Positions 58,568-64,000 of a stretch of 64,000 bases of DNA are shown here, one piece after another. The stretch's first letter is position 1. Every line of letters starts with the position of its first letter. The notes beneath the pieces were generated by a model. The model was not told the origin of the DNA and searched no databases. It saw nothing but the letters and a program-made list of their open reading frames with translations. Source of the stretch: a bacterium (lineage in GTDB: Bacteria; Zhuqueibacterota; Zhuqueibacteria; Residuimicrobiales; Krinioviventaceae); the NCBI GenBank assembly GCA_963693055.1, contig OY843751.1, positions 64,001-128,000 on the forward strand. Reading direction: 5' to 3'. Position numbers and translations under genes: made by a program.

Positions 58568-61500
58568 ATGATCGATATGGAAGAAATGAAAATACGAGCA
58601 GGATTAGATATTGGCGCCATCAGCGCAAAATTGGTTGTGTTGGCGCCCAAAGGAGAAGAGCATGCTTTTTCTGAAAATTTTCAAAAACATACAAATTCAA
58701 TAGTTTTAAATGATATACCTCATGGAATATGGTTTGCTGACCCCATCCGTACATATGGAGATGTTGTTAAATCTGCCAGGCAGGCATTGTCTGCATTATC
58801 ATTTTTTAAAGACTTTTCTTTAGAGCTAAGTATTACCGGCTCTCAGGGAAAACTGGTATCAGATATATTAAAAGCTCCCTATGTGAACGAATTTAAATGT
58901 ATTGGCAAAGGCACATCTTTTTTCGAACCTAATGTAAGCACAATTATTGAAATTGGTGGCGACAAGTCCCGCTACCTGCGCGTTGTTTGTGATAAAGATA
59001 CTGATAAAGTGACAATTTTGGATTATGAGCGTAATGGAGATTGTGCCGCCGGTACGGGATCGTTTATTGATCAGCAGGCAGAACGTTTGGGTATTCCCAT
59101 AACCGAGATTGGCGATCTGGTAATGACAGCAGACGCAACTGCCAATATTGCGGGAAGATGCTCTGTGTTTGCCAAGTCAGACATGATACATGCGCAGCAA
59201 AGGGGTTTTTCGCCCGCGGCTATATTTAAGGGCTTGTGTGAGGCGGTTGTTCGAAATTATAAAGGCACGGTAATGCGTGGTAAAGCCCTTGAGCCGGGTG
59301 TGGTGTTTGTTGGCGGACTTGCCGCAAACCGGGGTGTTGTGCAGGCAATGCATGATATTTTTAAACTGGATGAACTGGTTGTGCCCGATTTTCCCATGCA
59401 TGTTGCCGCACTGGGCTGCGCATTGCTTGAGCAATCCACAGAGATTAAAAGCGATCAAATAGATTCACTTTTTGGATCGTATATCAACCTCAATTTGCTG
59501 CCCCGAACCCGAAAGCTTGATTCAGCAATGGTTAACATAAACCATGATGCAGGTTTTACCAGCGAAGAGAACAGCCAGTCCATTGCCGCTTATTTGGGTT
59601 TGGATATTGGGTCTGTCAGTACAAACTTAGTATTGTTGGATAAAGACAGCCAGGTATTGGATTCCGTTTATACCCGAACCGAGGGAAAACCCATTGAGGT
59701 GGTCTTGCGGGAATTGGCGCTTTGGGATAAAAAATGGGGCAAACGTGTTGAGATTTTGGGTGTGGGAACTACCGGGTCAGGACGTGAGCTGATTGGAGAG
59801 TTGACCGGTGCAGACGCAGTTAATGATGAAATTACAGCACATAAAACCGGAGCCGTGACCATTGCGAAAATTCTGGGTCAGGAAAAAGTAGATACTATTT
59901 TTGAGATTGGCGGCCAGGATTCCAAGTTTATCTCCATTCAGGATGATATTGTTGTAGATTTTACCATGAATGAAGCATGCGCTGCGGGTACAGGTTCCTT
60001 TCTGGAGGAACAAGCTTCTAAAATGGGTATTTCCATTAAAGAAGAGTTTGCGGATCTTGCCATGAGCTCGGAATCTCCGATTAAAATGGGAGAGCGCTGT
60101 ACTGTTTTTATGGAAAAAGATGTAACCGCGTTTCTACAGCAGGGAATTCCTAAAAATGATATTTGTGCGGGGCTTTCTTTTGCGGTGGTATATAATTATT
60201 TGAATCGGGTGGTAAGAGACCGAAAAATTGGTGATCATATTTTCTTTCAAGGCGGTACCGCATACAACAAGGCGGTTTCTGCAGCTTTTGCTACGGTTTT
60301 GGATAAAAAGATTACCATACCTCCCTTTAATGGTGTTGTGGGTGCGGTAGGTGCCGCGCTTTTGGCAAAAGAAAAAATGCAATCTCAACCAGGCCCTTCC
60401 CGGTTCAGAGGATTTGATCTTTCAAAAGTAGATTTCAAGGTGCGCAACATCCGCTGTAAAGCATGCTCAAACCAGTGCGATGTGCAGGAATGTACCGTTG
60501 AAGGCGAAAAAACCTACTGGGGAGACAAGTGCTCTGATCGATTTAGAAAAAAAGTAAAGTTTGAACAAAAACCGGTTATTCCGGATTTGATAAAAACATA
60601 TAATGATTTGCTGCTGCAAGACATGCCGGGCCCGGATGGTTTGGGTGTACGAATAGGCGTGCCCCGGACCATGTATTATTACGATCAGTTTCCTTTTTGG
60701 CGTACCTATTTTGCTTATCTGGGAGCTGAACTTGTGTTGTCTGACATTACTCACAAAAGTATTGTCAAGCAAGGGCGGGAACTTGCTATTGCTGATCCCT
60801 GTTTTCCTATCATTGCCGCGCATGGGCATTTTATGGATCTGCTGGATAAAGATGTGGATTATATCCTGTCTCCCAATATTGTGAATGCTCAAACAGAGTT
60901 CCCGGAAAAAGAATCCTGGTATTGCCCGTGGGAACAAACCGTTCCCTATGTGATAAAGTCTACGATTTATGACCAGAGAATAATAGACAAAATGCTCATA
61001 CCGGTTATTCGATATCGAAAAGGGATGGATTATATAAAAAGGACCATGCACCCATTTGCTAAAAAACTGGGTGCATCGGTTAAAAACAGCGACAAGGCGG
61101 TTGATCTTGCATTTGCTGCCCAATCCAGCTTTGAAAAACAGATAAAGCAGATCGGGCGTTCTGTTTTATCCTCATTGCAAGGCCACAAAGCCGTAGTGCT
61201 ATTGGGCCGTCCTTATAATTTATTTGATTCAGGAATCAACTTGAATGTACCGGACAAATTGCGTGATCAGTATGGGATGAACATTATTCCCATGGAGTTT
61301 TTGCCCTTTGAAAATATAGATATACACGAGTACCATGAAAACATGTTTTGGAATTATGGTCGCAAGATCATGCAGGCAGCCACGTTTACTGGTCAGCAAG
61401 CAGGCTTTTCTGCTATTTATATTACCAATTTTAAATGTGGCCCCGATTCTTATATTAAACATTTTGTGGGTGACAGTTTAGGAGCACCCTATTTGACATT

Positions 61501-61627
61501 ACAGTTTGATGATCACAGTAACGATGCCGGAATTATGACACGTTGCGAAGCCTTTTTGACCAGCAAAGGGTTGTTATCTCATCCAAATGCATCTATCAAG
61601 AATACGTTAGAGTCCCGGAAAGTTTAA
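58568..61627 (+). CDS. Double acyl-CoA dehydratase activase (BcrAD/BadFG) + DUF2229 protein; PlsA/Ger-like
   Basis: Two ASKHA activase domains (GLDIG, EIGG.(K/D)S, CAAGTGSF, RC(S/T)VF), CKACSNQC, IGVPR, GRPYN, FKCGPDS. Confidence 0.88.
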   Translation: MIDMEEMKIRAGLDIGAISAKLVVLAPKGEEHAFSENFQKHTNSIVLNDIPHGIWFADPIRTYGDVVKSARQALSALSFFKDFSLELSITGSQGKLVSDILKAPYVNEFKCIGKGTSFFEPNVSTIIEIGGDKSRYLRVVCDKDTDKVTILDYERNGDCAAGTGSFIDQQAERLGIPITEIGDLVMTADATANIAGRCSVFAKSDMIHAQQRGFSPAAIFKGLCEAVVRNYKGTVMRGKALEPGVVFVGGLAANRGVVQAMHDIFKLDELVVPDFPMHVAALGCALLEQSTEIKSDQIDSLFGSYINLNLLPRTRKLDSAMVNINHDAGFTSEENSQSIAAYLGLDIGSVSTNLVLLDKDSQVLDSVYTRTEGKPIEVVLRELALWDKKWGKRVEILGVGTTGSGRELIGELTGADAVNDEITAHKTGAVTIAKILGQEKVDTIFEIGGQDSKFISIQDDIVVDFTMNEACAAGTGSFLEEQASKMGISIKEEFADLAMSSESPIKMGERCTVFMEKDVTAFLQQGIPKNDICAGLSFAVVYNYLNRVVRDRKIGDHIFFQGGTAYNKAVSAAFATVLDKKITIPPFNGVVGAVGAALLAKEKMQSQPGPSRFRGFDLSKVDFKVRNIRCKACSNQCDVQECTVEGEKTYWGDKCSDRFRKKVKFEQKPVIPDLIKTYNDLLLQDMPGPDGLGVRIGVPRTMYYYDQFPFWRTYFAYLGAELVLSDITHKSIVKQGRELAIADPCFPIIAAHGHFMDLLDKDVDYILSPNIVNAQTEFPEKESWYCPWEQTVPYVIKSTIYDQRIIDKMLIPVIRYRKGMDYIKRTMHPFAKKLGASVKNSDKAVDLAFAAQSSFEKQIKQIGRSVLSSLQGHKAVVLLGRPYNLFDSGINLNVPDKLRDQYGMNIIPMEFLPFENIDIHEYHENMFWNYGRKIMQAATFTGQQAGFSAIYITNFKCGPDSYIKHFVGDSLGAPYLTLQFDDHSNDAGIMTRCEAFLTSKGLLSHPNASIKNTLESRKV

Positions 61628-61630
61628 AAT

Positions 61631-62866
61631 ATGTCGAAATCTTTAAAAGACCGTACATTATATATACCACAAATGTCATATGTTGGTTCGCGTTGTATGG
61701 CGGCCGCATTCAAGTCGCTGGGAGTAGATGCAAAGCCTTCTCCTGAAAGCGATATGCATACATTGGAACTTGCACGCCAATATTTGTCTGGCGACGAGTG
61801 CCTTCCCGAAGCTATTACATTGGGAAATTTCCTCAAAGTAACGCAATTACCAGAATATGATCCAGACAAAACCGCTTTTTTACTGCCAACGTCGAACGGA
61901 CCCTGCCGTTATGGGCATTACCTGCCTTTGGCACGTAGGGTGTTCAAAGAGCGCGCTGAAGATGTTTTGATCTTTGCCCCAACCAGTTACAGCGGTTATA
62001 ACGATATTCAAACCGGAAGTGCCGGATTTTTGCGAACCGCGTGGATGGCTGTTGTTTGTTCTGATATTTTGCGCAAACTCCAGTTAAAAACACGTCCTTA
62101 TGAATTAGAACCCGGAACAACAGACAAGGTGTTTGATGAATCACTTGATCGTGTCTGTAATGCCGTAGCTCTGCAGGATGTCAGTCTGCGGGTTCGTGCA
62201 AATGCCATTCTGGATGCTTTGAAACAAAGCCGGGACCAGTTTAGAAAGATCAAGGTTGATAAATCTCAAAAAAAAGTTTTAATAGGTATTGTCGGCGAGA
62301 TCTTTTGTCGTTTGAATGATTTTAGTAATGATTATATTATAAAAAAAATAGAATCCCTTGGTGGTGAAGCCTGGATGTCTGATGTTTCGGAATGGGTATG
62401 GTACACCAATGACGAAGAGCGTGTCCGCTTGGAGAGACAAGGCAAGCGTTTTTCCATGGACATGCTGAAATGCCGCCTGCGCCAGCAGGTTATGCATTGG
62501 GATGAGAATCCGTTGCTGAAACTGGTAAAAAAGGATTTTGTGGGATATGAAGAACCCCACCATGTTTTGGAATTGTTGAACCGTAGTGAGCCCTATTTGC
62601 CTCGTGATGGGTCACATGGAGAGATGGTGATGAGTGTGGGGAGGACTATCTGGTATCATGAAAAAGGTGCTGCCGGAGTTATTGATATTAGTCCGTTTAC
62701 CTGTATGAATGGTATCATTACCGAAAGTGTGTACCCAAAACTTGGCAGAAATTTGGATGATTATCCCATCAGGGTGTTTTATTTTGATGGCACTCAAAAC
62801 AATCTGGATAGTGATCTAGAGATATTTATGGAACTTGCAGATGCATATCAGAAACGTAAAGAATAA
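61631..62866 (+). CDS. 2-hydroxyacyl-CoA dehydratase-like partner (PlsR-like)
   Basis: ECLP, GPCRYGHY, IGIVGEIF, PFTCM; 3 nt downstream of the activase gene. Confidence 0.8.
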   Translation: MSKSLKDRTLYIPQMSYVGSRCMAAAFKSLGVDAKPSPESDMHTLELARQYLSGDECLPEAITLGNFLKVTQLPEYDPDKTAFLLPTSNGPCRYGHYLPLARRVFKERAEDVLIFAPTSYSGYNDIQTGSAGFLRTAWMAVVCSDILRKLQLKTRPYELEPGTTDKVFDESLDRVCNAVALQDVSLRVRANAILDALKQSRDQFRKIKVDKSQKKVLIGIVGEIFCRLNDFSNDYIIKKIESLGGEAWMSDVSEWVWYTNDEERVRLERQGKRFSMDMLKCRLRQQVMHWDENPLLKLVKKDFVGYEEPHHVLELLNRSEPYLPRDGSHGEMVMSVGRTIWYHEKGAAGVIDISPFTCMNGIITESVYPKLGRNLDDYPIRVFYFDGTQNNLDSDLEIFMELADAYQKRKE

Positions 62867-62869
62867 ATT

Positions 62870-63868
62870 TTGGAGTTAGAAATGGCCCCCGTTGAAAAGT
62901 TTACCAGTGAAATGGCTTTTGATAAAGCATCGGGTTGGGATGTTGTATTTTTAGAGCATGTTGTTAAATACCCTGAATTGTGCAAAAGTGTTGGCATTGT
63001 GCCCAAAGCGGGTTCAAATTTGTTTTCCTTTAAGCTGGGTGACCACGAAGCATTGTTTCAAGCACCCGAGATGAAAGAACTCAAGAGTCGTAATTTTGGA
63101 ACACCGGTATTGTATCCTTCACCGGGACGAATGAAAGACAGCCAGTTTACGTTTAATAACGAGATTTTTAAATTTACTCCCAACTGGAATGAACATTTTA
63201 TACATGGATTTGTTCATAATATTCAATGGTATTTCAAAAAACCCAAGTCATCACATCGGGGTGCGGAGTTAGAAACTTATCTGGATTTTGAACCGGGTGA
63301 AGCTTTGTATTTCCTCTGGCCGTTTCATCACCGTATTTCACAAAAATACCTGTTGAATGCATCAGGACTTTTCATAACCATTAGTGTTGAAAATTTTGAT
63401 AAGCGTCCCATGCCTTTTGGTTTTGCTCTGCATCCGTTTTTCAATATCCCGGGAACCAAGGAAAACACTTTTCTGAGTGCTCCCGCTCAAAAGCATATGT
63501 TGTTAGATGGATTAATGCCCACAGGCGAAATGGAAAGTATGGACCAGTTTTCGCCAGATATCCGTTCAGAACAGCCTTTAAACATCCTGCCACTGGATGA
63601 TGTGTTTTGGGGATTTGGCGAGGGTGATGTATGCTGGTGGGAAGCCCGTGATGCCGGCATCCGTTTTACCATGGAAGCGTCTGACGAGTTTACGCATATG
63701 GTTATTTATTCACAGCCGCCGGATTGTTTTTGTATGGAAAACCAAACCTGTTCACCAGACGCGCACAATCTGTATGCAAATGGATATAAAAAAGAATCAA
63801 ACTTGTTAATCGTGGAACCGGGTGAGAAAAAACAAATGTGGATTAAATACGATCTAAACTATTTATAA
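62870..63868 (+). CDS. Aldose 1-epimerase family protein
   Basis: GTPVLYP.PGR, IHGF, FGFALHPFF, LDDVF, CMENQT. Confidence 0.88.
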   Translation: MELEMAPVEKFTSEMAFDKASGWDVVFLEHVVKYPELCKSVGIVPKAGSNLFSFKLGDHEALFQAPEMKELKSRNFGTPVLYPSPGRMKDSQFTFNNEIFKFTPNWNEHFIHGFVHNIQWYFKKPKSSHRGAELETYLDFEPGEALYFLWPFHHRISQKYLLNASGLFITISVENFDKRPMPFGFALHPFFNIPGTKENTFLSAPAQKHMLLDGLMPTGEMESMDQFSPDIRSEQPLNILPLDDVFWGFGEGDVCWWEARDAGIRFTMEASDEFTHMVIYSQPPDCFCMENQTCSPDAHNLYANGYKKESNLLIVEPGEKKQMWIKYDLNYL

Positions 63869-63876
63869 ACTAAAAA

Positions 63877-63896
63877 GCCCTGGCAATTGCCAGGGC
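63877..63896. terminator. Bidirectional terminator hairpin
   Basis: Perfect palindrome GCCCTGGCAATTGCCAGGGC, A-run on the left, between convergent genes. Confidence 0.75.
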
Positions 63897-63921
63897 CAAA
63901 TTTTTCGATATCAAATTTTTT

Positions 63922-64000
63922 TTATTGTGCCACCGTTACGTTAGCCGCTTGAGGTCCCTTGTCTGTAGTCTCAATTTCGAATTCTACAGAATCCCCTTCT
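63922..64000 (-). CDS. Cold-shock protein, C-terminal fragment (runs off window end)
   Basis: Manual translation: EGDSVEFEIETTDKGPQAANVTVAQ*. Confidence 0.88.
   Translation of the reverse strand, partial: EGDSVEFEIETTDKGPQAANVTVAQ

Overview
Bacterial chromosomal window of moderate GC. FlgD/T9SS-type C-terminal tails, CarboxypepD-reg TonB-dependent receptors and a group II GGGP synthase suggest an FCB-superphylum organism such as KSB1 or Calditrichota (inference only). The left part (1-28 kb) is accessory. It holds a partial S8 protease gene with an apparent ATT start, an AT-rich island studded with GTAG/CTAC REP-like palindromes, and a Tat-exported xanthine-dehydrogenase-family (PaoABC-like) operon with Moco maturation genes, including a degenerate MoeA. 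It also holds a CE6 esterase, two tandem VIT+TonB-C fusion genes, and a convergent six-gene duplicated lipoprotein/TBDR/secreted-protein operon. The VIT/TBDR locus is the best candidate for an undescribed system. The right part (28-64 kb) is mostly housekeeping: four tRNAs, tadA, SRP RNA, dnaX with an A10 slippage site, ybaB, recR, pgpA, cinA, thpR, recA, recX, alaS, GGGP synthase, hflX, folC, rho, rpmE, prfA, prmC, PMM/PGM and rnr. It ends with a PlsA/PlsR(Ger)-like ether-lipid pair, an aldose epimerase and a partial cold-shock gene. All calls come from reading the sequence and recognising motifs; no database searches were run.
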